A program made the translations under genes and the position numbers. The notes under the pieces are model-generated. The model did no database searches, had not been told where the DNA came from, and saw only the letters and a program-made list of their open reading frames with translations. From NCBI GenBank assembly GCA_050950165.1, contig JBMNHC010000001.1, positions 191,151 to 255,150 on the forward strand: a DNA stretch of 64,000 nucleotides. Reading direction: 5' to 3'. Shown here piece after piece: positions 1 to 10,295 of this stretch. How positions within the stretch are numbered: the first letter of the stretch is position 1; every line of letters begins with the position of its first letter. The stretch is from Candidatus Dojkabacteria bacterium. GTDB lineage: Bacteria; Patescibacteriota; Dojkabacteria; SC72.

Positions 1-83
1 AGCGAAGAGGTATCAAATAGCTCTTCCTGATTACTCTCTTCCTTCTGTGTGATATTTTTTAAAATGTCCTTAATTGAATCCAC

Positions 84-1619
84 CTATTTTTTCTTGGAAC
101 TAAGATATTTAGTCACTTTATCCTTATATATTTTCTTAGTCACATTCTCTATTTCTACTCTCATCTGTGGGAAGAGGGTTCCCTCTCTAGCTGTAATGTC
201 TTCGAAAAACCAGAAGATTCTCTCACTCTGACCATAGCCACTTGTAGGAGGCATACCGTACTCTAACATCTCTACAAAATCTATATCCAACATCTGAGCT
301 TCTTCATCGCCAGAGTCTCTAAGAGATTGTTGCTCAAGGAATCTCTCTAACTGATCTACTGGATCATTAATCTCAGAGTATCCATTACCTAATTCACTAC
401 CTGCAATTATTACCTGGAATCTTTCTGTTAACTCTGGTTTGTCACTATGTGATTTAGCAAGAGGTGAGATAAACTTAGGATGATTAACTAAGAAAGCTGG
501 TCCTGAAAGATCTAACCTAATAATCTTCCAAAGATTATCAATTAATCTAACTCTATTGATATCTCCATCTAACTCTATATTGTTTTTCTTTACTACTTCT
601 AAAATCTTCTCATCGCTATCATTGAAGATATCTATACTGAATTTCTCTTTAATTACTTCTGCATAGTCTATCTCTTTCCATTCATCAGCTAAATCAAAGG
701 TGTGTCCTCTGGTAGTGAATTTTGTTTTACCATATACCTTCTCTGCTATATCTACAAAAAGCTTTTTAACTAATTCCATATTGTCTCTAAAATTAGCATA
801 TGCCCAATACCACTCTAGTTGGTAGTACTCTTGAAGATGTTCATCATCTATACCTTCATTCCTAAAGTTTGGACCTAATGTGTAAACCTTTTCATAGCCT
901 CCCCCAATTAGTCTCTTCTGATAAAGTTCTGTCGATATTCTAAGAAAGAAGTCTTGGTTTAGTGCATTGTGGTGAGTAATGAATGGCTTTGCATCCGCAC
1001 CACCCGTGACTGGTTCTAATACTGGGACTTCTACTTCTATAAAGCCTTCATTTTTAAGAAAGTCTCTCTGTACTTGCCAGAACTTTGCTTTTCTTTCGAA
1101 TAGCTTTATTTTATCCTCATTGATTACCAAATCTAAATATCTTCTTCTAAATATCTGTTCCTTACTATTTAGTTTCCTAGGTATTGGTCTTAGTGTTTTA
1201 GTAAGTAGTCTAACTTTTTCAGGAAAGATAGTTATTTGACCTGTTTTACTCTTACCTATCTCACCTACTACCTCTACAAAATCTCCTGCATCAAGTAGGT
1301 CTAAATTCTCCCATCCTATGTATGAGTTTTTTAAATCTTCTTTTATGAGATCTTTCTTTATCATTACTTGAATCTTTCCACTCTGATCCTTTATATCCCA
1401 GAAGAGTAACTTACCGTGTGTTCTCCACGCCATTATTCTACCTGCGAGGCATACTTCTTTACCTTCAAAAGATTCAAACTCTTCTACAACTTTACCTATC
1501 TCAAACTCTCTATTAGATTTAGCTGGATACGGATTAATACCTAAATCCTTTAATTTAGACATTTTCTCTAATCTTAACTTTCTCTGCCCTATTAACCCAC
1601 TTGATAAGGATTCTCCCAT
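84..1619 (-). CDS. lysS: Lysine--tRNA ligase (class II)
   Basis: OB-fold N-terminus (LAGRIMAWRTHGK), GGADAKPFITHHNAL, FLRISTELYQKRLIGGG, NFRNEG, EYGMPPTSG motifs. Confidence 0.98.
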   Translation of the reverse strand: MGESLSSGLIGQRKLRLEKMSKLKDLGINPYPAKSNREFEIGKVVEEFESFEGKEVCLAGRIMAWRTHGKLLFWDIKDQSGKIQVMIKKDLIKEDLKNSYIGWENLDLLDAGDFVEVVGEIGKSKTGQITIFPEKVRLLTKTLRPIPRKLNSKEQIFRRRYLDLVINEDKIKLFERKAKFWQVQRDFLKNEGFIEVEVPVLEPVTGGADAKPFITHHNALNQDFFLRISTELYQKRLIGGGYEKVYTLGPNFRNEGIDDEHLQEYYQLEWYWAYANFRDNMELVKKLFVDIAEKVYGKTKFTTRGHTFDLADEWKEIDYAEVIKEKFSIDIFNDSDEKILEVVKKNNIELDGDINRVRLIDNLWKIIRLDLSGPAFLVNHPKFISPLAKSHSDKPELTERFQVIIAGSELGNGYSEINDPVDQLERFLEQQSLRDSGDEEAQMLDIDFVEMLEYGMPPTSGYGQSERIFWFFEDITAREGTLFPQMRVEIENVTKKIYKDKVTKYLSSKKK

Positions 1620-1680
1620 TATCTAAAATACATTCAATTAATATATTGGGATTATATCAATAACTGAAGATAAAGAGTAC

Positions 1681-2547
1681 CTACTCATGAATTAGCACTA
1701 AGTCCCCTCTCTCAAAATTGTCATAAAGGTGTTTTGCATCTTCCTTAAGCATCCTGATACACCCTCCACTTCTTCTAACCCCTATATTAGAAGTAGGCTC
1801 ATATACTACATTACCACTAGAGTCATACCACCAAATTAAACCGTGTAAACCATACCAAGAGTCTTGTCTCTTTGAGTAGTAAAACGCCATCCAGTACGGC
1901 ATATATGAACCAGTAGGAGCTTGAGGAGCAATACCTTTATCTATGATTGGATATACCCCATATACTTCATATCCTACTTTAGGACCTGAAAGCAATATCT
2001 CTTTTATAACTTTGCCATTTTCCCATACAAAGAGTTTCTGTCTAGAGTTATCCACCTCTATATATTTACTTGTATATTTCCCATCTGTTCCAGGTTGTTC
2101 TTTCAACTCTATCTCTACCGTAGTACTACTTCCTAATTTAAATGCTTCAAAGACTCTATCATATATATTTTCTAAATCTGGTCTAATATCAGCTTTCCAA
2201 TATATAAATTGACCTTGACTACTAGAGGCAATACTTCTTCCTCCGAAAAATTTATCAAAGTAGGAAACAACTCTTTCTAAAACCTCTTGATATACCTTAG
2301 CTTTATCCACTCTCTTATCCTCCACTACTAAGCTACTAGGAATATCCACACAATCTTGTTGTAAACAAACAGATACCACATACTCTTCTTCTTTCTGCTC
2401 TCTAACTATCTCCATTCCTAATATGTCTTCTGTAGGAACCTCTTCTCCTTTACTCTTAGAAAGACCATTAAAAAGTACCAAACCTAGAAGTATTGCTAAT
2501 TGAATATTGATTACAGTTAACAACTTTAGTGCGGTAGAGCCTCTCAT
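1681..2547 (-). CDS. Membrane-anchored L,D-transpeptidase (YkuD-like)
   Basis: N-terminal TM; IEVDNSRQKL, MPYWM, LHG...SGGCIRM (His...Cys catalytic motif). Confidence 0.8.
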   Translation of the reverse strand: MRGSTALKLLTVINIQLAILLGLVLFNGLSKSKGEEVPTEDILGMEIVREQKEEEYVVSVCLQQDCVDIPSSLVVEDKRVDKAKVYQEVLERVVSYFDKFFGGRSIASSSQGQFIYWKADIRPDLENIYDRVFEAFKLGSSTTVEIELKEQPGTDGKYTSKYIEVDNSRQKLFVWENGKVIKEILLSGPKVGYEVYGVYPIIDKGIAPQAPTGSYMPYWMAFYYSKRQDSWYGLHGLIWWYDSSGNVVYEPTSNIGVRRSGGCIRMLKEDAKHLYDNFERGDLVLIHE

Positions 2548-2626
2548 CTTTGTATAATATATCAGATATTTTCTTAACGAGTAAGGAATATAGTATAATT
2601 GAAGAATTAGATAAATAGTTAAAAAT

Positions 2627-3916
2627 ATGTCAGAAAATTTACTTCAAAAGGTTACTGCTTTAGCAAAAAGAAAAGGGATAATATTTCCTAATTCTGAAAT
2701 ATATGGTGGTATCGGAGGCTTTTATGATTACGGTCCTGTAGGAGTAGAGATGAAGAATAACTTAAAGAGATACTGGTGGAAAAACATTGTAGATAAGAGA
2801 GAGAATGTTGTTGGTATTGATGGCAGTATAATTTCACATCCTAAGGTTTGGGAAGCTTCTGGACATTTAAAAGGCTTCTTTGATGAGATTGTAGAATGTA
2901 AGAAGTGTCATCAGAGATTTAGACCTGAGGATATATCAGAGAAGTGTTCTAACTGTGGTAGTACTGAATTTACTGATTCTCGAAAGTACAATATGCTTTT
3001 TAAAACAGAGGTTGGTGTATTAGAGGGAGAGAAGGTGACTACATATTTAAGAGGTGAGGCTTGTCAAAATATATATTTAGATTTTCTTAATGTTGTAGAT
3101 TCTACTAGACAACAGATTCCTTTCGGTATTGCACAGATTGGTAAAGCATTTAGGAATGAGGTTACTTCTGGTAGATTAACATTCAGAAGTAGAGAGTTTG
3201 AACAGTGGGATTTACAATTCTTTGTACATCCTAAGGATATGGACCATTGGTTTGAGTATTGGAAAGAGGAGAGGATGAAGTTTTATAAAGAGTTATACAG
3301 GAAACATGAGAATTTACGCTTCTATGAACATCCTAAAGAGAAATTGGTATTCTATGCACAGAAGGCCTTTGATATTGAATATCTCTTACCTTGGGGTTGG
3401 GCAGAAAACGAGGGTATACATTGGAGAAGTGATTATGACCTAACTCAGCATAGTAAGTTTAGTGGAAAAGAGCTTAAGTATACAGATCCCATTACTGGAG
3501 AAAAATATATTCCATGGATTGTGGAGACTTCAGGAGGTGTAGACAGGACTCTGCTTATGCTTCTTTTTGATGCATACGAGGAGGAGGATTTAGGAGATGG
3601 GAATATTAGAACTGTACTTAAGATTCATCCTGAGATAGCTGCGTACAAGGCTGCAATATTCCCTCTTGTAGGGAATAAAGAGAATATTACTAACAAGGCA
3701 AGAGAGGTATTTGAGATGTTGGTAGAGGACCACAAAGTAGTTTGGGACAACAGAGGTAATATTGGTAAGAGGTATAGATATCAAGATGAGATAGGGACAC
3801 CATACTGTATTACCATTGACTATGAAACTCTAGAGAATGATACTGTAACCGTAAGAGATAGAGATAGTATGGAGCAAAGAAGAGTAAAAATTGAAGACTT
3901 AGAATCTATACTCTAA
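2627..3916 (+). CDS. glyQS: Glycine--tRNA ligase, alpha2 (homodimeric) type
   Basis: IYGGIGGFYDYGPVG, VWEASGH, GIAQIGKAFRNE, IGKRYRYQDEIGTPYCITID. Confidence 0.96.
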   Translation: MSENLLQKVTALAKRKGIIFPNSEIYGGIGGFYDYGPVGVEMKNNLKRYWWKNIVDKRENVVGIDGSIISHPKVWEASGHLKGFFDEIVECKKCHQRFRPEDISEKCSNCGSTEFTDSRKYNMLFKTEVGVLEGEKVTTYLRGEACQNIYLDFLNVVDSTRQQIPFGIAQIGKAFRNEVTSGRLTFRSREFEQWDLQFFVHPKDMDHWFEYWKEERMKFYKELYRKHENLRFYEHPKEKLVFYAQKAFDIEYLLPWGWAENEGIHWRSDYDLTQHSKFSGKELKYTDPITGEKYIPWIVETSGGVDRTLLMLLFDAYEEEDLGDGNIRTVLKIHPEIAAYKAAIFPLVGNKENITNKAREVFEMLVEDHKVVWDNRGNIGKRYRYQDEIGTPYCITIDYETLENDTVTVRDRDSMEQRRVKIEDLESIL

Positions 3917-3918
3917 GC

Positions 3919-4389
3919 TTAACAAACATCCAATATTTTATACTCTGTTTTCTTACCTCGTATTTTAACTTCTACACTATCTCCTGATTTAGCTTTCATA
4001 AGGGCCTTCCCCAATGGAGAATTATCCGAGATATAGCTTTTTTCTGGATCAGCTTCTAATGAAGATACTATCTTTACATCAAATACTTTATCATTTTGTT
4101 TTAACTTAACAGTAGATCCTAATGTAATCCTGTAGGGTTCACAGAATTCTTTCTCTTCAAGAATCTGACAGTTTTCTAATATATCACTTATTTCATCTAT
4201 TTTACGCTCTACTGCTTCTTTCTCCTCTAATATCTCTCCTAGAGTAGTATCATCTTCACTTAAATCTTCCTGTCTTGCTTCCGCAAGCCTATTAGCAATA
4301 TCCTTAAGGGTTTCTTCTTGAAGTTTCTTAAGTTCTTCAATCAATTCAAACTTCTTCTCTTCCGTTATCCTATACTTCTTATTAGCCAT
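3919..4389 (-). CDS. greA: GreA/GreB family transcription elongation factor (paralog 1)
   Basis: Coiled coil with EARQEDLSED tip; C-terminal EADPEKSYISDNSPLGKAL. Confidence 0.85.
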   Translation of the reverse strand: MANKKYRITEEKKFELIEELKKLQEETLKDIANRLAEARQEDLSEDDTTLGEILEEKEAVERKIDEISDILENCQILEEKEFCEPYRITLGSTVKLKQNDKVFDVKIVSSLEADPEKSYISDNSPLGKALMKAKSGDSVEVKIRGKKTEYKILDVC

Positions 4390-4455
4390 AGGAATATTTT
4401 CTTAATTTAGTCCTTACAAATTGTAAGTTATTTGGATATGCTAAACAAGGTCAAA

Positions 4456-5133
4456 CTATTTACTCATATCTGGTTTTTTAGTTTTAGTTTCTACTAATGC
4501 TTTTTCTTTTCTCCACTCTTCTATTTTTCTATGGTCTCCTGAGAGAAGAATTTCTGGTACTTGCCAGTTTTGAAATTTCTCAGGTTTTGTATATTGAGGA
4601 AAGTCTAGAGTATTGTTAGTAAATGACTCATCTATTAAAGATTCTTCATTACCTAAAACGCCTGGTATTAATCTTGTAATCCCATCTACAAGTACTAGTG
4701 CTGGTAACTCACCACCAGAGAGAACATATTCGCCAATGGAGAATTCATAATCTACTAAATGGTCGTGTATTCTTTGGTCAAAGCCTTCATATCTTCCACA
4801 GAGGATTATCATATGTAGGTCTTTTTGTTGAGAGAATTCTACCAGCTTTCTCTGTACTAGTTTTTCTCCTTTGGGTGTAGTTATTGCAACTATGGTATTT
4901 TCTTTTTTTAATTCTTTTATTGCATTATATATCGGTTCTATCTTCATTATCATTCCGGGACCTCCTCCATATGGTGTATCGTCTACTGTTTTGTGTTTGT
5001 CTGTTGTCCATTTTCTTAGGTCATGGACATCAATTTGAGCTAAACCTTTTTCTCTTGCTATTCTTACTATTCCTGTATTTATATATTCCTCTACTATATT
5101 AGGAAATATTGTTATTATATCGAATTTTGTCAT
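4456..5133 (-). CDS. trmD: tRNA (guanine-N1)-methyltransferase
   Basis: VDDTPYGGGPGM, CGRYEGFDQR, SIGEYVLSGGELPA, VPEILLSGDH. Confidence 0.98.
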   Translation of the reverse strand: MTKFDIITIFPNIVEEYINTGIVRIAREKGLAQIDVHDLRKWTTDKHKTVDDTPYGGGPGMIMKIEPIYNAIKELKKENTIVAITTPKGEKLVQRKLVEFSQQKDLHMIILCGRYEGFDQRIHDHLVDYEFSIGEYVLSGGELPALVLVDGITRLIPGVLGNEESLIDESFTNNTLDFPQYTKPEKFQNWQVPEILLSGDHRKIEEWRKEKALVETKTKKPDMSK

Positions 5134-5141
5134 TTAAATTG

Positions 5142-6773
5142 CTACCTTTTATCTCTATATATTGTCCTATCCCAAGAATTTTTTGACAAATCAAAACTCT
5201 TGTCAAAAGAGCCATAATTCCAAATCAAAAAGATTCCTTCCCCTTTTGAGTCGCGAAGTAGTGTCGTTGCCTTACTAGTATAGGCTCCTCCATCACAATA
5301 ATAAAGTACGTAAAACATCGAGATTATTGAATAGACTTCGCTCTTTGATGGTCTCTCCTTATCAAAAAAATCAATCGCTGCTTTCGTAGCTATATCATAA
5401 ATCCCTGTCTGATTATCAGGAATTTTATTAACCAACTTGTCATGTATTGCGGCTGATCCTTCTCCTATTACTGTTAGAATTAGACGTTTTAACTTATCAT
5501 CCACTTGTAATTCTTCTAAAAACTGTTTAGCGTACGCATTATTAAGTTGTTGTTCTCTAAATTTATTTATATGACCCCCTTCTCGTGCAATAGGTTTACC
5601 TATATCGTGAACTAATATAGCTAATCTCATAGGAGCAAGTAACTCAACGGGTATGATATCTCCAAAAGATTCTTCAAAATTTCTTAATACTGTCTCTGTA
5701 TGTTCCTCTAATGTAAAACCTTCCCACACGCCAATCTTCTTTTCAAAATGTTCTTTATAACCTCCTATCCTTTTAGCAGATTGTATAATTTTATATGGTC
5801 TACCGTAGTTTCTTTTTAACTCATACAAAAATCTCTCATTTTTCAAATTAGGAATTCCTAACATCTCTTTTGGTAAATAGGGAGCTATTGCACCAAACTT
5901 TCTCTTCATTATCTCTCTTTGATTGATTCGAGACTTTTCAACCAACTCTCTTTTATTAACCATTCCCATATCAAAAATCGCAGTACTTTCGATATCTTTA
6001 TGAAGAGTTCCTGAGTGTATACCTATTGTTACACCAACTATTTTATATTCTCTGCAAAACCTACGAATATAGTCAGAGTCAAATGGGAATTTACCATTAG
6101 GAGCAGGGTAATGATCGCTCTGCTCTAAGAAAAGTAAGAATGCGTATCCCGGATTATTCTCTAGTGCATAACGAGATATCCCTGATCCTACAACTTGTTT
6201 AGATAAACCATATACTTCCTGCTTTGTTAAATCAGAGAATCTATTATTTTGACTAAACTCCTCTATTTGATCAAATGTCAGATATTTCTTCTTATAGAGA
6301 GCCTGTAATAAAGGTTTTGCACTTTTTCTATATTTGAATGGAATAGGAGATCCTACACTGTGATGAATCGTCAAGTCTTTAAAACACTCGTTAATTTTCC
6401 TCTTAGTTTCATCATCTCTTTTTGTTAAAAGGTTTACTATATATACATTTGGATCATAAGACATAATCTCATGAATTTCAGATTTCTTTTTATCCGTATG
6501 CCTAGCAGATGCAAAAGCAGAAGCAAGCTCACGAGAACCTGTATGTAGAACAGGGAGTTTAAAAACAGTTGAAGTATTTTCAGTTTCGTAACCGGGGTCG
6601 ACTTTCCATTCAGTACTACCATCAGATGCCCTACCATGAAACAGCTCCATTTCCGACATGGGAACCAGAAACTTTAAATTTTTTAATTCCTGAATTGCAA
6701 TACTTCTTTTATCTGAAGCATCGGTATTTTCAGAATCCAATCTTGTTTTTACTTCATAATTTTCGTTATCCAC
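5142..6773 (-). CDS. Hypothetical protein: N-terminal ART-like motifs, C-terminal HD-like domain
   Basis: LFHGR...LHTGSRELASAFA near N-terminus; HTETV...LVHDIGKP...YCDGG near C-terminus. Confidence 0.55.
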   Translation of the reverse strand: MDNENYEVKTRLDSENTDASDKRSIAIQELKNLKFLVPMSEMELFHGRASDGSTEWKVDPGYETENTSTVFKLPVLHTGSRELASAFASARHTDKKKSEIHEIMSYDPNVYIVNLLTKRDDETKRKINECFKDLTIHHSVGSPIPFKYRKSAKPLLQALYKKKYLTFDQIEEFSQNNRFSDLTKQEVYGLSKQVVGSGISRYALENNPGYAFLLFLEQSDHYPAPNGKFPFDSDYIRRFCREYKIVGVTIGIHSGTLHKDIESTAIFDMGMVNKRELVEKSRINQREIMKRKFGAIAPYLPKEMLGIPNLKNERFLYELKRNYGRPYKIIQSAKRIGGYKEHFEKKIGVWEGFTLEEHTETVLRNFEESFGDIIPVELLAPMRLAILVHDIGKPIAREGGHINKFREQQLNNAYAKQFLEELQVDDKLKRLILTVIGEGSAAIHDKLVNKIPDNQTGIYDIATKAAIDFFDKERPSKSEVYSIISMFYVLYYCDGGAYTSKATTLLRDSKGEGIFLIWNYGSFDKSFDLSKNSWDRTIYRDKR

Positions 6774-6903
6774 CTCTATATATTTATCTATTTAAATATT
6801 TTCTAATTATACTAAAATTTCCTTCACAACTTCTATACTATATATTTTCCTTAGTATAACTAGTATAATATGAATAGTACATAAACTGTTTGTAAAATTA
6901 CTA

Positions 6904-7338
6904 GTGAAATCATATAGAGCTGGAGGGATAGTAATTAATAAGGAGAATAAGATTGCGTTAGCAAATGAACACCTTTGGGGATTTCCAAGAGGAGGTGTTG
7001 AAGATGGAGAAGATTTTATTTCCGCAGCAAAAAGGGAAGTTTTAGAAGAGACTGGTTTAGATCAATTTGAATCAATAGAGGAATTAGGGATATATGAAAG
7101 ATATCCAAATGACATTTCAAAAGACACACCAGGAGCTTATCCTATGGAGATACATATGTTTCTTTTCAAAATTAATGAGGAACAAGAATTTAATCCATTA
7201 GATAAGAATGTTAAAGAGGTAGGATGGTTTACATATGAAGAAGCTTTAGAGAGATTAACCAATGATGAAGATAGAGAGTTTTTACAAGAGCATAGGAGAG
7301 AGGTTTTAGAGGTAAGAAGAGAGATAAAGAACAACTAG
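6904..7338 (+). CDS. NUDIX hydrolase
   Basis: Nudix box GGVEDGEDFISAAKREVLEETG. Confidence 0.93.
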   Translation: MKSYRAGGIVINKENKIALANEHLWGFPRGGVEDGEDFISAAKREVLEETGLDQFESIEELGIYERYPNDISKDTPGAYPMEIHMFLFKINEEQEFNPLDKNVKEVGWFTYEEALERLTNDEDREFLQEHRREVLEVRREIKNN

Positions 7339-7340
7339 AT

Positions 7341-7829
7341 TTATTCCTCTGTCCAAACTAGTTTTCCACCTAATCTGAAAAAATGTTCAAATCTTACTGT
7401 AATTTTATCTTTAGGAATTACTGCTTCTTTGCTCTTTGATTGCCATGATTCATCGTTGTATTTTATGAATTTCTCAGGAGGAACAACATATAATGTTCCT
7501 ACATTATCTTCCATATATCTTTTCCACTTTGCAGGTATCTTAACTTCTAAAGAAGATTGATTTCCAGTAATCCATATATCTCCTTTTAGGATTTCTTTTG
7601 GAACTTTTTCTGTACTTATTAAGGCAAATATACAAGTTTGAGGATTTGAAGTTGCAAACACCGCAGTATCATTATTAAATGTGCTTGTTAGATCACTATC
7701 ACTAGCAGGACGAGGTTCTAACAATTCTATATTATTAACAGTAGAACCATGAAATAGATATCCTTCTTTTTGATAGTCTAATATTTTTGATATATCTGCT
7801 TCTAACTTATCCTCTTTTTCTAATTCCAT
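7341..7829 (-). CDS. Hypothetical protein, possible ADP-ribosyltransferase-like fold
   Basis: YLFHGS...LEPR...AVFATS...GTLYVV pattern resembles H-type ART strands; function inferred only. Confidence 0.5.
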   Translation of the reverse strand: MELEKEDKLEADISKILDYQKEGYLFHGSTVNNIELLEPRPASDSDLTSTFNNDTAVFATSNPQTCIFALISTEKVPKEILKGDIWITGNQSSLEVKIPAKWKRYMEDNVGTLYVVPPEKFIKYNDESWQSKSKEAVIPKDKITVRFEHFFRLGGKLVWTEE

Positions 7830-7935
7830 AATCTATTATACTACTTCTTATTTATTAATAGCTTATATCTTAACATAACCCTAGAGAATATAAAATTATT
7901 AACTATGTGTGAACCTTTGATATTTTTATGCAATA

Positions 7936-8759
7936 CTATTCGTCACTCCTACCTCTTATGTCAATCCTAGGTCGTTTATCACCCCTGCTTTTAATTTCAA
8001 TCCCAGGTGGCTTAATTTGAATCTTAGGTTTCTTTGGATATCCTTCAAAACGAAGTCCTTTACCTGCAAGAAAATTTTTCATAGAAGCAATTTGTTTCCT
8101 TGGATAATCACTAGAAGTATTCCCCCATGCTGTTAAGAAATAGTTTGAGGACCATCTATCCTTTTTTGCACCAGGAGTAAGACCTATTTCATATGTAGCA
8201 TCTAATTTATACCAAACACCTCCTATATTGACTCTATTAAAAGCATGTGGCGGTCTTTGTACTGACCATTTTTCAGCATTTATTCCCATATATTTACATG
8301 ACAGATAAATAGCATCACTTATTCCTGCACATACAGAATCATTTTTAACTAATGCCGAATATGCCGAAGCAGTGGAATATTGACGATTTAGTGCATCCAA
8401 ACCAGAAACATGGCCATCATTAGCAAATTCGACATCAGCATAGCTTACTGTACTCAGAATATGATTATATATATTACTTTCGCTAATTGTAATTCATTTG
8501 CAGATAGATTACTCCCACTTATTAGAGTCCTAAAATCTTTATCCATATTTACTATCTTCTCTCTTAAACTAATCACTTGTTCTTTACTAATCACTGGTGC
8601 TTCTATTCGTCCATCAACATAAGGGACTCCTGTAAAAGCATCAATACTTTCATCTACACCTCTAAGAATTGCATCTTCCACTTCTTGTGTCGGTCTTTGA
8701 TGTACTTCACTCCTTATAGTAATCTTTTGGTTTCCTTCTGAATTTTTTCCTTCTGACAT
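7936..8759 (-). pseudogene. Transglutaminase-like protein split by a 2-bp insertion in a (TA)n tract
   Basis: 3' part has VCAGIS / HAFNRV / WYKLDAT Cys-His-Asp triad; removing one TA at ~8466-8474 joins 8454-8759 to 7936-8400 (LAKVIYNHILSTVSYAD...). Confidence 0.8.
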
Positions 8760-8864
8760 AAAACAAACTATATTAATTTAACTACATACATATTTATCAG
8801 CATCTTATTATAAATATTATACATACTTTATAATCCTATAAAAACGACCAATATCTTTCATACC

Positions 8865-9482
8865 CTACCTCCTACTAACAAACATACTATCCTTCAGATA
8901 CCATCTCCAAGGTACATCCTTGTAATCTTCTGCATAATCAATACCTATTCTTGCTGTTTTAACAATATCTTCATCATTAATCTTAAAACCATCATCAATT
9001 AAAAAAAGTTTTGAGTTACTCTTAGTCATATCATGACCATACAGTTCTTTAGTAATATTCATTGCTTGAGATAATTTTCCTGGACCATTTGTTAGGGATA
9101 TGACATCATCTTTACCCCTTCTCTCTTTCATAATATCTAGACCATACAAGGGTTCTAATGCTCTAATTAATATTACTTTAGGGATATCTTTCTCTTCTGT
9201 TACAAAATTAAGTAGATCATACATATGTGATCTATATACATATGCATAGCCTCCATCATTAAATTGAATTTCTGTTCTTTTAGTTCTTCTATTTTGATAA
9301 GCATGTGAACCTTTATCTTCTCCACCAATATATGCTTCTACTTCCACTATTCTTCCTGCTGTAGTATTTTTCCCTTCTTCATGTACTAATATTTTACCTA
9401 GACTTTCTTTTAGGCATACAAATGTGTCTTGTGTATAGAAGGATCTTTTTAATATGTTTTTTCTTAAATTATCAATATTCAT
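8865..9482 (-). CDS. mpg: DNA-3-methyladenine glycosylase (AAG/MPG family)
   Basis: GRIVEVEAYIG, ILIRALEP, TNGPGKLSQA, RIGIDYA, PWRW; start taken at ATG 9482. Confidence 0.92.
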   Translation of the reverse strand: MNIDNLRKNILKRSFYTQDTFVCLKESLGKILVHEEGKNTTAGRIVEVEAYIGGEDKGSHAYQNRRTKRTEIQFNDGGYAYVYRSHMYDLLNFVTEEKDIPKVILIRALEPLYGLDIMKERRGKDDVISLTNGPGKLSQAMNITKELYGHDMTKSNSKLFLIDDGFKINDEDIVKTARIGIDYAEDYKDVPWRWYLKDSMFVSRR

Positions 9483-9611
9483 ATTTATTAGACTTGTACC
9501 AAAATACCACACGCTTTTTAGTGTATAAGTAAGAACTCAGAATCGACCTACATAATCGTTATTATGACAGAATAATTAAGAACAATATCCCTTCACTATA
9601 GGTTAGCTGGA

Positions 9612-9686
9612 TGGTACCGCTACGGGGAATCGAACCCCGATTGCATGATTGAGAATCATGTGTCCTAACCGTTAGACGATAGCGGC
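9612..9686 (-). tRNA. tRNA-Glu (CTC)
   Basis: Reverse complement GCCGCTATCGTCTAACGGTTAGGACACATGATTCTCAATCATGCAATCGGGGTTCGATTCCCCGTAGCGGTACCA folds as a cloverleaf; anticodon CTC; encoded CCA. Confidence 0.97.
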
Positions 9687-9764
9687 ATATCAGGTTAGTA
9701 TTTTACCATACTTTTAAGTATTTCTTAAGCAAAAAGTCCTCTGTTAAACCCTTTAAAGTTAGGG

Positions 9765-9793
9765 TTGACATACATTAGAAATACATATATTAT
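9765..9793 (+). promoter_or_regulatory. Sigma70-type promoter of greA paralog 2
   Basis: TTGACA-17 bp-TATTAT about 30 bp upstream of ATG 9825. Confidence 0.7.
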
Positions 9794-9824
9794 TCCACGA
9801 CTAGCTAAATTAGAGAGTAGTAAT

Positions 9825-10295
9825 ATGGCAGCAAAGAGTAACAAAATACTGCTAACAAAAGAAGGTTTTATCAAATTTCAACAAGAGCTTAAGAAGAGGG
9901 AAGAAGTTATTAGACAGAAATTACAAGAGACACTTAACCAGATGAGAAATCAGGGAGATTTGAGAGAGAATGATGGGTATTCGATAGCGATTGAAGATTT
10001 TCAAAACAATGAGGAGAAGATATCTGAGATTAGAGCAAAGTTGGAAGTAGCTGAGATAGTGGATAAAAAGAAAAATGGTGTTGTTGATATTGGATCTGAG
10101 GTAAAGATAGAGTGTGAGAGGGGTAAAGTAAAGACTTTTCATATTGTTGGTGAGGATGAGGCTAATCCACTGGAGTCTAAAATTTCTTACAAGTCTCCAA
10201 TTGGAAGTTCATTAATGGGAAAGAAGAAAGGGGTAAAGGTTGAGATAAAGACACCTAGTGGTACTAATACTTGTACAATTATTAGTATCAAGTAG
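9825..10295 (+). CDS. greA: GreA transcription elongation factor (paralog 2)
   Basis: LTKEG, QGDLRENDGY acidic tip, IVGEDEANPLESKISYKSPIGSSLMG; start moved to ATG 9825. Confidence 0.9.
   Translation: MAAKSNKILLTKEGFIKFQQELKKREEVIRQKLQETLNQMRNQGDLRENDGYSIAIEDFQNNEEKISEIRAKLEVAEIVDKKKNGVVDIGSEVKIECERGKVKTFHIVGEDEANPLESKISYKSPIGSSLMGKKKGVKVEIKTPSGTNTCTIISIK

Noticed and set aside
8454-8456. TGA read-through (genetic code 4/25) to join the transglutaminase halves
   Set aside because: The two halves are in different frames; a 2-bp indel explains it and other genes are intact under code 11.
5100-9620. Integrative element bounded by a tRNA-Glu att duplication
   Set aside because: No second copy of the tRNA 3' end and no integrase found by eye.
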